Assembly: GCA_965198225.1 (NCBI GenBank)
Contig: CBDAOY010000009.1
Location: forward strand, 1,184,001-1,248,000
DNA: 64,000 nucleotides
From: Terriglobia bacterium
GTDB lineage: Bacteria; Acidobacteriota; Terriglobia; 20CM-2-55-15
Direction of reading: 5' to 3'
The position numbers were made by a program, and so were the translations under genes. The notes under the pieces are model-generated. The model worked only from the letters and a program-made list of their open reading frames with translations. It was not told where the DNA came from and did no database searches. Within the stretch, counting starts at the first letter, position 1. The number at the start of each line of letters is the position of its first letter. Shown in pieces: positions 9,678-19,967 of this stretch.

Positions 9678-12323
9678 ATGGCCCTCACGGCAGGAACCCG
9701 ACTCGGCCCACACGAAATCGCCGACCAACTCGGTGCGGGCGGTATGGGAGAGGTGTATCGCGCCACAGACACCCGCCTGGACCGCACCGTCGCCATCAAA
9801 GTCCTTCCCGAACACCTTGCGGATGATCCCCAACGCCGGGAACGCTTCGAGCGCGAGGCCCGCGCCGTCAGCAGCCTGAACCACCCTCACATCTGCACGC
9901 TCCACGACATCGGTGAACAGGACGGGACGCACTACCTCGTGATGGAACTGGTGGAGGGCGACACACTCCAGCAGCGGTTGGAGAAGGGCCGGCTGCCGCT
10001 CGATCAGGCGCTGGAGTATGCCATCCAGATCGCCGACGCACTCGATAAGGCCCACCGGCAGGGTGTGGTGCATCGAGATTTGAAACCCGGCAACATCATG
10101 ATCACGAAGTCGGGGACGAAGTTGTTGGACTTCGGGTTGGCGAAGTTGAAGGGTGATGCCGGTCAAGTCTCGCCGCTCTCTCAGATGCCCACCCAAGACC
10201 CTTCAGCGCCCCTGACAGCAGAAGGCACGATCATCGGCACCCTCCAGTACATGGCCCCTGAACAGTTGGAGGGCAAGGAAGCCGATGCCCGGACGGACAT
10301 CTTCGCGTTTGGTGCGGTCGTCTACGAGATGGTCACGGGGAAGAAGGCGTTTGAGGGTCCAACACAGGCCAGTTTGATCGGTTCGATCATGCAGAGCGAG
10401 CCCCGCTCGATGTCCGAGCTAGTGGAACTGACACCTCGATCGCTCGATCGGCTGATTGCTCGATGCATGACGAAAGACCCCGACGAGCGCTGGCAGACTG
10501 CGCGCGATCTGAAGGTCGAATTGGAGTGGGCCGGGGGCGAGACGCCGCAGGTTCTGCCGGAACCCCTTCAGGTCACCCGTCCGAATCGTGGTGTTTCGAT
10601 TGGAGTGGGGGTCATCCTGGCGTTGGCCGTCTTGTTATTGGTTCCCACCTTCCTCCCACCAAGCGCTCCGCCTCCTTCCTTGCAAGCCTTTGGGATGCAA
10701 ACGCCAGACTCCAGCGGTGCCCCCTTCCACATCGCCATCTCACCGGATGGCAAACGAGCAGCTTTCATTGCGAGAGGACCATCAGGCACCCAGCTCTGGG
10801 TCCGCTCCCTCGACAGTCTGGAAGCGCAGATGATTGACCAGACCGATGGTGCCTACGGTCCATTCTGGTCTTCCGATTCTCGCTTCGTGGGCTTTGTCGC
10901 AAACGGAATGCTCAAGAAGGTGAACCCCGACGGTGGCGGTCCGCAAACCCTCGCAAAGGCGTACAGCGATACGGGGGGGAGTTGGAATGAGGATGGGGTT
11001 GTCCTCTTTAACGGCGATGCTACAGGACTCTACCGCATCTCAGAAGATGGCGGAACTGCCGAGCCTGTCAGCATCCTTGACACGAGTCGTGAGGAAACTG
11101 CTCATGTGTTACCCCAGTTCCTCCCAAACGGGGAGCATTTCCTCTATCTAGCCCAGAGCAGGAATCCTGAATACACGGGAATCTATGTAAGCTCGCTGGC
11201 GGGTTCGTCTGACGCAAAACACATTGTCTCAACAGACCTACAGGCATCTTATGTCGACGGCTATCTGTTGTACGTCGATGGACAGGACTTGCTGGCTCAG
11301 AGTATGGATCTGAGCGCACTCGAACTCGTGGGCGATGTGTACAAAGTCGCCGAAAACATCCGGGTGAATTCGGATAATGGGCGCGCGGGCTTCACGGCCG
11401 CTGATCAGATCCTGTTGTTCAGGGGGGACTTAGATCCGAGGAACGAACTTGGTTGGTATGATCGAAACGGTCTCCGGGTCGAAGTCGTGTCAGAAGGTGA
11501 TGTCGGTGGGCTAAGCCTGTCTCCTAGCGGCACACACCTCGCGTTTCATCAGCGCGACTCTAGACTAGGGTCTACCGACGTGTGGGTGTTGGACTTGGAG
11601 CGCGGTATTCCGACAAAAGAAACGCTCGACCCAACAGGAGAGTTCAACCCCATATGGTCGCCAAATGGCGATCACGTAGTCTACCAGCAGCGTATGACGG
11701 GGACCGCGAATCTGTACGAAAAACGAGTTGGCCAGAGCGGCGATCCGACCTCGTTGCCCAGCGAAGGCATATTCCCGATACCTAGGCATTGGTCTGCCGA
11801 CGGTCGATTCCTCTTCTATGATGGGCCAAGTGGCAGCCGAGATGTTTGGGTCTTGGATCTCGATGGTGATCGCGTACCGACAGTTGTGCTGAATAGCCGG
11901 TTTCATGAGATCGACGCACAGCTATCGCCTAACGCACAGCTATCGCCTAACGGCAGTTGGCTTGCCTACTCGTCCACAGAGTCCGGTGTGCCTGAAGTCT
12001 ATGTCCAGGGCTATCCTGACAGTACTCGTCGAGTACAGATCAGCCAGGGGGGTGGCAATCAACCTCGTTGGCGCGGAGACGGTGAGGAGCTGTTCTATCT
12101 TACATCCGCGAATGAGCTGGTGGCAGTGTCCATGACCGATGGACGACCTTTGGGATCACTTGACGTGCTCTTCCAGGTTGAAACGACGCCGCTATCGTAC
12201 GGAAGCTCCTACGATGTGACCGGGGACGGTCAACGTTTCATCGTCAGCACTACGATCGAAAATCCCTTCAGGGAGCTGATCGTCTTTCTTGGCTGGACCG
12301 CCCTCCTCGAAGACAACCAATGA
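9678..12323 (+). CDS. Hanks-type Ser/Thr protein kinase with TM helix and TolB/PD40-like beta-propeller
   Basis: LGAGGMGEVY, VAIK, HRDLKPGN, DFG and APE motifs, hydrophobic segment, repeated SPDG/WSPNG motifs. Confidence 0.95.
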   Translation: MALTAGTRLGPHEIADQLGAGGMGEVYRATDTRLDRTVAIKVLPEHLADDPQRRERFEREARAVSSLNHPHICTLHDIGEQDGTHYLVMELVEGDTLQQRLEKGRLPLDQALEYAIQIADALDKAHRQGVVHRDLKPGNIMITKSGTKLLDFGLAKLKGDAGQVSPLSQMPTQDPSAPLTAEGTIIGTLQYMAPEQLEGKEADARTDIFAFGAVVYEMVTGKKAFEGPTQASLIGSIMQSEPRSMSELVELTPRSLDRLIARCMTKDPDERWQTARDLKVELEWAGGETPQVLPEPLQVTRPNRGVSIGVGVILALAVLLLVPTFLPPSAPPPSLQAFGMQTPDSSGAPFHIAISPDGKRAAFIARGPSGTQLWVRSLDSLEAQMIDQTDGAYGPFWSSDSRFVGFVANGMLKKVNPDGGGPQTLAKAYSDTGGSWNEDGVVLFNGDATGLYRISEDGGTAEPVSILDTSREETAHVLPQFLPNGEHFLYLAQSRNPEYTGIYVSSLAGSSDAKHIVSTDLQASYVDGYLLYVDGQDLLAQSMDLSALELVGDVYKVAENIRVNSDNGRAGFTAADQILLFRGDLDPRNELGWYDRNGLRVEVVSEGDVGGLSLSPSGTHLAFHQRDSRLGSTDVWVLDLERGIPTKETLDPTGEFNPIWSPNGDHVVYQQRMTGTANLYEKRVGQSGDPTSLPSEGIFPIPRHWSADGRFLFYDGPSGSRDVWVLDLDGDRVPTVVLNSRFHEIDAQLSPNAQLSPNGSWLAYSSTESGVPEVYVQGYPDSTRRVQISQGGGNQPRWRGDGEELFYLTSANELVAVSMTDGRPLGSLDVLFQVETTPLSYGSSYDVTGDGQRFIVSTTIENPFRELIVFLGWTALLEDNQ

Positions 12324-15131
12324 CCCCCGGCACCCAACTCGGCAGCTACGAGATCCTCTCCCCGCTCGGCAAGGGTGGTATGGGCGAGGTGTGGCGTGCG
12401 CGGGACTCCAAGCTCGGGCGCGAAGTGGCCATCAAGACGCTTCCCGAAGAGTTCGCCAAAGACGAAGAGCGGCTGGCCCGGTTTGAACGTGAAGCGAAAC
12501 TGCTGGCCTCGCTGAACCATCCCAACATCGCCGCAATCTATGGCCTCGAAGAAGACAACGGCACGCGGTTCCTCGTCCTCGAACTGGTCGAAGGCGACAC
12601 CCTGGCCGATCGGCTCAAGCGCGGCGCGATCCCGGTCGAAGAATCCCTCAAACTCGTACTCCAGATTGCCGAAGCCCTCGAAGCCGCACACGAGAAGGGC
12701 GTCATTCACAGAGATTTGAAGCCCGGAAACATCAAGATCACACCTGACGGTAAGGTCAAGGTGTTGGACTTCGGTTTGGCGAAGGCATTCGCCGTTGACG
12801 GGAGCGAAGCAAACCTGTCCCAGTCGCCGACGTTGAGTCTGGCAGCAACCCAACAGGGAGTGATTCTTGGAACTGCTGCGTATATGTCTCCCGAGCAGGC
12901 CAGAGGTCAGGAAGTGGACAAGCGGGCGGACATTTGGGCGTTCGGTGTCGTGCTGTTCGAGATGCTGATCGGGCGGCAGGTCTATGAAGGCCCCACCGCG
13001 TCCGACATTCTTGCTGGAGTGCTTGCGAGGGAACCGGACTGGAAAAGCCTGCCACCGAACCTGCATCCACGCATTCGGCTGCTCCTTGAGCGTTGCCTGG
13101 AGAAGGAGGCCAAGGACCGGGGCCACGACATTGCGGACGTCCGGGTGGATATTCAGAAGGTACTGGCTGATCCGGGGTTCAGACATGGGACCGCCGATGG
13201 GACGGGGGTCCTTGCGGGCGTCGGTCCGTGGAACCGGCTGACGGTCGCGTTCGCGGCAGTCGCCGCCCTTCTTGTGCTCGTGCTCGGTTGGGCTGTGCAA
13301 TCGCTCCTCCGTCCGATGGAGAAGCCCGTCAGCCGCTACAGCATCGAGTTACCTGTCACGCAGCGGGCCGACGGCCTCGGCTCAAGCGTCGCCGTCTCAC
13401 CGGACGGGACTCAGATGGTCTACGTGGGTCCGGGGGAACAGGGCATACAGCTCTGGCTACGCCGACGTGATCAACTTCAGGCGACGCCCATCGCGGGCAC
13501 CGAGGGAGCGCTGACGCTGAACCCCGTCTTCTCTCCCGACGGTCGGAGGGTGGCCTTCTACGCAAGTGGCGGGGTCCGCGCGGTCTCACTGAGCGGTGGG
13601 TCACCGTTGGCGATCGTGGAGAGCGGCGTTGCACCGGGGGGGCCCGCCTGGGGTCCCGGTGGCTACATCTACTTCCCGGCTCCTGGGGAGACTAGTGCTC
13701 TTTTCCGCGTGCCGGAGACGAGCGGCGAGGTGGAGCCGTTCACCGTGCTCGACACGGCACAGGGCGAGGTGCGTCACATCTGGCCACAGGCGCTCCCCAA
13801 ACGGTCGCGGCGTGCTGTTCACGGTGACCCACCAGCCCGAAGCCGACCCTGGAAGAGCGCCTCCATTCCCGCTTCGAGTGGGGCTACGCGATCAACCGGA
13901 TCAGGACGTCAGCCAGTACGACATTGCGGTAGCGGACATGGAGACCGGGGAGCACGAGGTTCTCGTGCGCGGCGTGTTCGCCCGCTACGCGGCGTCGGGG
14001 CATCTGGTCTACGTGACGGCGGACGGGACGCTCCTGGCCGCTCCGTTCGACCAGGACGGGCTGCAGCTGGCGGGAGACCCAGTGGCGCTGACCGAGGGTG
14101 TAGGTGTGCGCGTGTTCGGTTCGGTCCACCTCGCGCTGTCGAACGACGGCACGCTTGTGTATCAGGCCGGAGATGCGGACACATCAACTGCCAACCGCAT
14201 TCTCTCATTGGTAGACCGTAACGGCGACGTGGAACCCCTCAACGTGCGGCCCGCCCCGTATTTGAGTCCCCGCCTGTCACCGGATGGGACGCAGCTGGCC
14301 GTCCAAACACTCGGCGATGGGCAGAGCGTCGTCTGGGTTTACGATCTGTCTGGTGACACGGCGATTCGGCAACTCACGCAGGAAGGCAACAACAGCCGAC
14401 CCATATGGACGCCTGATGGTGACCGCTTGACCTTCGCTTCAGACAGAGATGGAACCACGAGTCTCTACTGGCAACCCGCAGATGGAAGCGGTGTCGCCGA
14501 GCGGCTGACTACTGCCGAAGAAGGAATCAGCCATTTCCCTGAATCATGGTCCCCCGATGGGAACGTTCTTTCTTTCGTGGTACAACGCGGTCGCCGAGAT
14601 TCCGGTGTATGGACGCTATCGCTTGACGGTGGGGCCATCCCAGAAGTCTTTCATGACCTACCAGAATCCATCGAGTTTGGTTCCTCGTTCTCGCCGGACG
14701 GAAAGTGGCTTGCCTACTATTCGAGTGAGGGTGCGGCGGGGGCGGCAGCCTCTGTTCGGGAGGTTTTCGTACGGCCGTTTCCCGCGACAGGTGCGGTACA
14801 TCAGATTACGCAGAACCGTGGGGTATTTCCTCTCTGGTCGCCTGCCGGAAGCGAGTTGTTCTACCGAAGCACCAGCACTGTGCTTGGGGCGGGAGAGACA
14901 ATATCGGGCGTGGCCGTTTCAACCGATGGCGCTTTTGCATTTGGAAACGAGCAGAGCCTTCCGATACAAGGGTTCATCAATATTGGCACTTATAGGGACT
15001 ACGACATCACGCCTGACGGCGACCGATTCGTGATGATCTTTCCGACGGAACAGACGGAAACCGATGAAGCCCAGATCAACATCGTCCTCAACTGGTTTGA
15101 AGAACTGAAGGAACGGGTGCCGGTGCCATGA
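12320..15131 (+). pseudogene. Second Ser/Thr kinase-TM-propeller gene with one frameshift near 13795-13801
   Basis: Complete kinase motifs in ORF 12320; the propeller continues in ORF 13596-15131 and ends NWFEELKERVPVP; one extra base in CCCCAAA. Confidence 0.88.
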
Positions 15132-15676
15132 TCGTAACGCTTGCTTTGGTGATTGCCCTGGCCGCCCCCCACCTGGGTGTTTCGCAGGAACGTGCCCCAG
15201 AGCCTCACCACAGACGTTTGTCTGACGAGGTCGGGCTTGCCATGATGAACGTCGAGCTCGACTTCATGGCTCGGGAGTTCGCCATGCGCCGGAAGGAGCT
15301 GGCCAAGGAGCAGTCATTCCTGAAAGACGCCGCTGAGTTCGAGCGGTTGGCCCAGGACCTTGCGACCTACAGATATGCACCGAGTTCCGTGAGTTGGGCT
15401 TCCACAGCCGTGAAGGAGCGAGCTCTCCAGCTGGGCGAGAAGGTGGATTTGATGATCCGTTTCCTCACCGACGATCAGCGTTACGAGGTCTCGACGAGAT
15501 TCGAGAACGAAGGACTCGACGTAAAGCTCAGCGCCCTGGCCGCCCTAACGGACCGGATCGAGTTTCGGCTGGAAGCAATGGTAGCTTCCGATGTAGTCGA
15601 TGTGTCCGGGTTCCAGCAGTTGGTACAGGATCTGGTTATCGTGAAAGGCCTATGCGCAGAGCTGCGGGCAGATTGA
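15128..15676 (+). CDS. Hypothetical exported alpha-helical protein
   Basis: Signal-peptide-like N-terminus; ATGA overlap with the upstream kinase gene. Confidence 0.7.
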   Translation: MIVTLALVIALAAPHLGVSQERAPEPHHRRLSDEVGLAMMNVELDFMAREFAMRRKELAKEQSFLKDAAEFERLAQDLATYRYAPSSVSWASTAVKERALQLGEKVDLMIRFLTDDQRYEVSTRFENEGLDVKLSALAALTDRIEFRLEAMVASDVVDVSGFQQLVQDLVIVKGLCAELRAD

Positions 15677-15683
15677 ATAAGAG

Positions 15684-16396
15684 ATGATCGGCCAGACCAT
15701 ATCCCACTACAAAGTCCTCGAACAGATCGGGGGCGGAGGTATGGGTGTGGTCTACCGGGCCGAGGACACCTCCCTCCAGCGTCAGGTGGCGTTGAAGTTC
15801 CTGCCTCCCGACATCGTCAACGACCGACAGGCTGTCGAGCGGTTCAAACGAGAAGCCCGTGCGGCGTCCGCCCTCAATCACCCCAACATCTGCACCATCC
15901 ATGAGATCGGTGAACACGAAGGCCAGCCGTTCATCGTGATGGAGTTGATGAAGGGTCAGACGCTCAAGGAGAAGCTGCTACGAGGGCCGTTGAAGACGGA
16001 TGAGCTCAATACTTGCTTGCCTCTGTCTATGCAGCCCAAGGGCGAAACGACGCCATCGAAGAGTTCTTGCGGTGGATCGCGGCGGACGGTGTGGACACCG
16101 ACGAGATCGCTGCCTTTGAGCGGGCCTATAGAAAATCCGGGATGCACGGTTTCTGGGAAACACGAGTGGAACAGCTTGAAGCTCGTGAGCAGGCAGGAGC
16201 CGTTGTGTCCCCTATCGAGCTGGCACATGCTCACGCTGAGCTTGGTCAAGCCGATCAAGCAGTGGAATGGCTGGAACGTGCATACGCGCAGAGGAGTGGT
16301 CGCATCATGTACCTGAAGGTGAGCCCTGAATGGAATAACATCCGTTCCGATCCGCGTTTCCAGGAGCTGGTCGACCGCGTTGGATTCCCGCGGTAG
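15684..16396 (+). pseudogene. Third Ser/Thr kinase (TPR type) with a large internal deletion
   Basis: Kinase N-lobe (MIGQTISHY...GGGGMGVVY...LNHPNIC) joined out of frame near 16010 to the typical C-terminus WLERAY...[20 protein letters not shown]; HRD/DFG region absent. Confidence 0.85.
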
Positions 16397-16411
16397 CCCT
16401 CCGACGACCAC

Positions 16412-16592
16412 CAAAACAACCGAGTCCGTCGAGTCATCCCCTGAAATCAACAGTGTAGAGTCGAGGCGGCGAACCGAGTCGGTATCGAGGCAGGCCAGCC
16501 AATGACTCGGCTGCCTCGGTCGTGGCTCGGGTGGGTAACTCGCTTGAGAAGTGATTGATTTTATTGTTGGACTCGATTGACTCGGGGTTTTG
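16412..16592. repeat. Imperfect inverted-repeat element with reiterated GAGTC/GACTC boxes
   Basis: Ends caaaacaaccgagtccgtcgagtc...aaatcaa and ttgattt...gactcgattgactcggggttttg are near-complementary. Confidence 0.55.
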
Positions 16593-16600
16593 CAAGCAGC

Positions 16601-17554
16601 CTACTCCGAGCTCGTGACCTTCAGGAAGAACTCCACGGCGCGTCGCGAGTACTTTTTGAACTCTGGCAGGTGCTCTCCCACGAGCTCTCCAGAGTCGTAC
16701 CGGGAATGCGGGGTCACCGGCCACTCCGTCTCGATCATGTAACCCGCGTCTTCAAGGCTCTGAGCAAAGATCTCTGCCACTTCTAACCTGGGGTCTAGCG
16801 TCCCGCACATCACAAGGAATGGAATCTCTTCTGCACCCTCTTTGGCGGGCAGACCTGCGACCTCTGCGACTCGCGGGTCGAACAACTCGGCCCTGGTGTC
16901 GGGCCAGTCGACACCGTTCTCCGGGTCGGCGAGGAAACTCTTTGGGTCGCCCACCTCACCGACAACGTCAACCAGCAGTCTGCCGTCCGGTGTCGTCCAG
17001 GTTCCTGATCCGAACGGAGCAGCGGCGTGCACGAGTTCCGGGTTCCAGAGAGTGAATCGGTGGGCGAATTGAGCGCCTCGGGAATAGCCCTGCAGTAGTA
17101 TTTTCGGATGGGTTGGAGCCTGAATCCCATTCCGTGCGTCTTCGAGGACCTGGCGGAGAAGAGCGCCGTGACCGAGTACAGGGAAGCGGTTTGCGCCTGA
17201 AGCCTCCAGCGGGAACGATGGGGACACTACGATTGCATCCAAGCCCTGTTCCTGAACCGCTTCCCAGACCTCAATTATCATGGAATTGGTGAGGCCATTT
17301 CCTGCGCCACCGTGCACGCTCACCAGAAGCCAGTAGGTCTTGTCGCGGTCAAAACCCCTTGGGAGGCGGACGAAATACTCCACCTCTTCACCCTCGAAAG
17401 TGATCGTGTTGCGCTGGGGGTCACCTACGACCTCGGGTTGGGTTGCAGCGTCGGTCGTAGCTTCGGGTTCAGGTGCTGTTGCTGGCGTCGATGAACAGGC
17501 TGTGACAACCACCAGGGGGAAGGCGAAGCAGAGGGACATCAGGCGGCGGTTCAT
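16601..17554 (-). CDS. Lipoprotein alpha/beta-hydrolase (esterase-like)
   Basis: Lipobox-like VTAC, VHGG oxyanion motif, GYSRG nucleophile, GTLD and C-terminal His; RBS GGAGG. Confidence 0.8.
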   Translation of the reverse strand: MNRRLMSLCFAFPLVVVTACSSTPATAPEPEATTDAATQPEVVGDPQRNTITFEGEEVEYFVRLPRGFDRDKTYWLLVSVHGGAGNGLTNSMIIEVWEAVQEQGLDAIVVSPSFPLEASGANRFPVLGHGALLRQVLEDARNGIQAPTHPKILLQGYSRGAQFAHRFTLWNPELVHAAAPFGSGTWTTPDGRLLVDVVGEVGDPKSFLADPENGVDWPDTRAELFDPRVAEVAGLPAKEGAEEIPFLVMCGTLDPRLEVAEIFAQSLEDAGYMIETEWPVTPHSRYDSGELVGEHLPEFKKYSRRAVEFFLKVTSSE

Positions 17555-17682
17555 GGCGTGTCCTCCAATGGGATGGGATGCTATCGGCAGTGGGGTGGGG
17601 TGTCAACGAATGGACGGAGTACCGAGTGGGGCTCAGATGGACTTAGCAGCTCGCCATGCAAGCCCCCTCGCACTCCTCAGGG

Positions 17683-19298
17683 AGTTGTGTGCGTCAAGTT
17701 CTGCAAAAAGTATTTCCGAAAAAGTCAGTTCTTGAGTGTTGATCGCCGTCGGGCCTGTGGGAATGTGGGAAAGCTGAACGTTCTTGGCGTCCTCCAAGCT
17801 TTTCCAAGCCTCAGAGGGAATCCGCGTCTTGTTGCGGATTTCCTCTGAGGCGTCATTTCCATCAGGCCTCTGCCTTTCTTTCTTTTTTGGTTCTCTTTCT
17901 TTCGCCCTTTGAAAGTTTTCCACAGAGATTCCTCGCTCCAGGATGCGCTGTAATCGACGATCGGCTTCCGAGCCGATCCTTGGGTCGGTCCGTTTTGACG
18001 CGTTCACGCGGCAGGCGTCTGACGGTGCCAGTCCTTCTTGTGTTCCTTCAACAGATCCATGTTCAAATAACGGATCGCTTCGATCCAGTTCTCGTGCATC
18101 TCGGTGGTCAGTGCCCGAATCAAACGCAGACAGCTGGCCGCGTTGGGGAATATCCGCACCACACGCGTTCGCCGCTTGATCTCTTCGTTGAGCCGTTCCA
18201 GCATATTGGTGGATTTCATGTGCTTGTGATGCTGAAGCGGCAGCGTGTAGAAGCTCAGCGTCTCGTCGATGTTGTCTTCGACCCAGTCGCAGAGTTTGGG
18301 ATATTTCTGCCCCCACTTGCTCAACCACGCCGCGAGGTCCTGCCGCGCTTCCTGGAGGTTCCGCCGATCGTAGAGCCAACGCAGTTCCTGGAGGCAATCG
18401 TCATCGCCTTTGCGCGGCAGATAATCCAATGCGTTTCGGAGAAAGTGCACGTAGCAGCGCTGCCAGATCGCTTCGGTCAGGACTTCCGCGATGGCTTTCT
18501 TCAACCCCGGATGATCGTCGGTCACCACGAACTCCACCCCGCACAGGCCGCGTTGTTTTAAACTCAGCAGCAGTTGCCGCCAACTGGTCGTGCTTTCCCG
18601 TCCCGCCAGCTCCACCGCCAACACACCGCGCCGGCCGTCCCAGTTGATTCCGATCGCGACCAGCACCGCCCGGCTCCGGATGACCCCGTCTTCGCGCACC
18701 TTCTCGTAGCGCGCATCCAAAATTAGGTACGGGTATTCTTCCTCCAATCGTCGCGTTGCAAACTTTTTCAGCTCCTTGTCCAGAGTCTGATTAATCCGGC
18801 TGATCGTGCTGGCCGAAAACGAATGTCCGCATAGTTCTTCGGTGATGGCTTTCACCTTGCGCGTTGACACGCCCTGCACGTACATCTCGGCCAAGCTGGC
18901 CACCAAGGCTTTCTCGCTGCGTTGGTAGCGTTCAAACACCTCCGTACTGAACCGGCCGGCCCGGTCCTGCGGCACGCGCAACTCCAGCTTGCCCACCCGT
19001 GTGACCAGGTCCCGTCCGTAATAGCCACTCCGATATCCGGTGCGACCCCCTGTTCGTTCACTCTTGACCGCGCCCACGACCTGGTCCATCTCCGCCTCGA
19101 GAATCTCTTGAACCACCTCCTGTACGACGCTTTTCAGCAAATCCTTTTCCTCTCCTAACAGTTCTTTCCAATCCACTCCCTTTCGCTTAATCTGAGGTCG
19201 GGCCATCGGTTCATCTCCTTCGTTTCAAAGTTGATTCGTTACCAACTTTTCGGAGATACCCTGGCCCTTTCCTATTTCAGGACCTTTTTGCAGAAACC
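17683..19298 (-). mobile_element. IS256-family insertion sequence (intact)
   Basis: 8-bp direct repeat CCTCAGGG at 17675-17682 and 19299-19306; shared inverted core TTCTGCAAAAAG near both ends. Confidence 0.85.
18004..19206 (-). CDS. IS256-family transposase (400 aa)
   Basis: GYRSGY, RVPQDR, YVQGVSTRKV, ILDARYEK, QRCYVHF and STNMLERLNEEIKRR motifs. Confidence 0.95.
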   Translation of the reverse strand: MARPQIKRKGVDWKELLGEEKDLLKSVVQEVVQEILEAEMDQVVGAVKSERTGGRTGYRSGYYGRDLVTRVGKLELRVPQDRAGRFSTEVFERYQRSEKALVASLAEMYVQGVSTRKVKAITEELCGHSFSASTISRINQTLDKELKKFATRRLEEEYPYLILDARYEKVREDGVIRSRAVLVAIGINWDGRRGVLAVELAGRESTTSWRQLLLSLKQRGLCGVEFVVTDDHPGLKKAIAEVLTEAIWQRCYVHFLRNALDYLPRKGDDDCLQELRWLYDRRNLQEARQDLAAWLSKWGQKYPKLCDWVEDNIDETLSFYTLPLQHHKHMKSTNMLERLNEEIKRRTRVVRIFPNAASCLRLIRALTTEMHENWIEAIRYLNMDLLKEHKKDWHRQTPAA

Positions 19299-19300
19299 CC

Positions 19301-19520
19301 TCAGGGCTGGTTTGTCATCTTCGAGATATGCCGATGTACTTCCAACCAGTCGTTACCTTCCTTGTGCCAGATATACGTGAATCGCCAGGGCCCCTGCAGT
19401 AGCACGTCCCCGTCAGAATTGACCTGATTGCCGGTCCAGTACCCCGTCGTGATAGCGACGTCGCCGAAGACTGAAGTCTTGAGGTGGTCGAGTCTCAGGT
19501 GGATCAGCGTCCAATGACCG
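19301..19520 (-). pseudogene. 5'-truncated NTF2/DUF4440-like gene fragment
   Basis: Reads ...KTSVFGDVAITTGYWTG...WRFTYIWHKEGNDWLEVHRHISKMTNQP*; no start seen before the island end. Confidence 0.6.
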
Positions 19521-19523
19521 GGA

Positions 19524-19546
19524 TGGGCACAAAATTGGGCACAGTC
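19524..19546 (+). repeat. Tandem TGGGCACA boxes (putative integrase arm-type site)
   Basis: TGGGCACAAAATTGGGCACAGTC, matches 8656-8678. Confidence 0.6.
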
Positions 19547-19591
19547 TGTTCAAAGCGAGGTGAGCTGTGCCCCATCTTGTTGATTCTACAA

Positions 19592-19666
19592 TACGCCCGA
19601 GAGGATTCGAACCTCCGACCTCTGGTTCCGGAGACCAGCGCTCTATCCAGGCTGAGCTACAGGCGC
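19592..19666 (-). tRNA. tRNA-Arg(CCG), CCA not encoded
   Basis: Cloverleaf GCGCCTG...CTGGT-CT-CCG-GA-ACCAG...GGTTCGAATCC...CGGGCGT-A. Confidence 0.96.
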
Positions 19667-19967
19667 GTGATCGACCTTTCTCTTGTATCGTATTTCACAA
19701 CACCTTTGCAACTGAGCTACCCGTGAGTTAACGCGGTGGTGTTGGACCCTCCGCTGCCAATCTGACACGCCGGCCCCAGCTCTGTTCAGGCTTTCCGCCA
19801 GTAAGACAGTTTCCTTTCTGAACAACGAAAAAGCGGCAACGTAAGCTCCTTCGCAAGCACTACATAATCAGCAGGTTGTGCCCCCCTGCTGTGAGGTGCT
19901 GTTGGTAGTGGGAGTGCAAGTCTGGAGTATGGGGGCCGCCGCACGAGGCCGCCGAAGGAACGCAACG

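Larger units (their letters stand above)
8503..19636. mobile_element. Genomic island integrated at tRNA-Arg(CCG)
   Basis: Direct repeat of the tRNA 3' half at both ends; paired TGGGCACA boxes just inside both ends; accessory and decayed cargo. Confidence 0.75.

Noticed and set aside
8503-19636. Prophage
   Set aside because: No structural, terminase, lysis or replication genes seen
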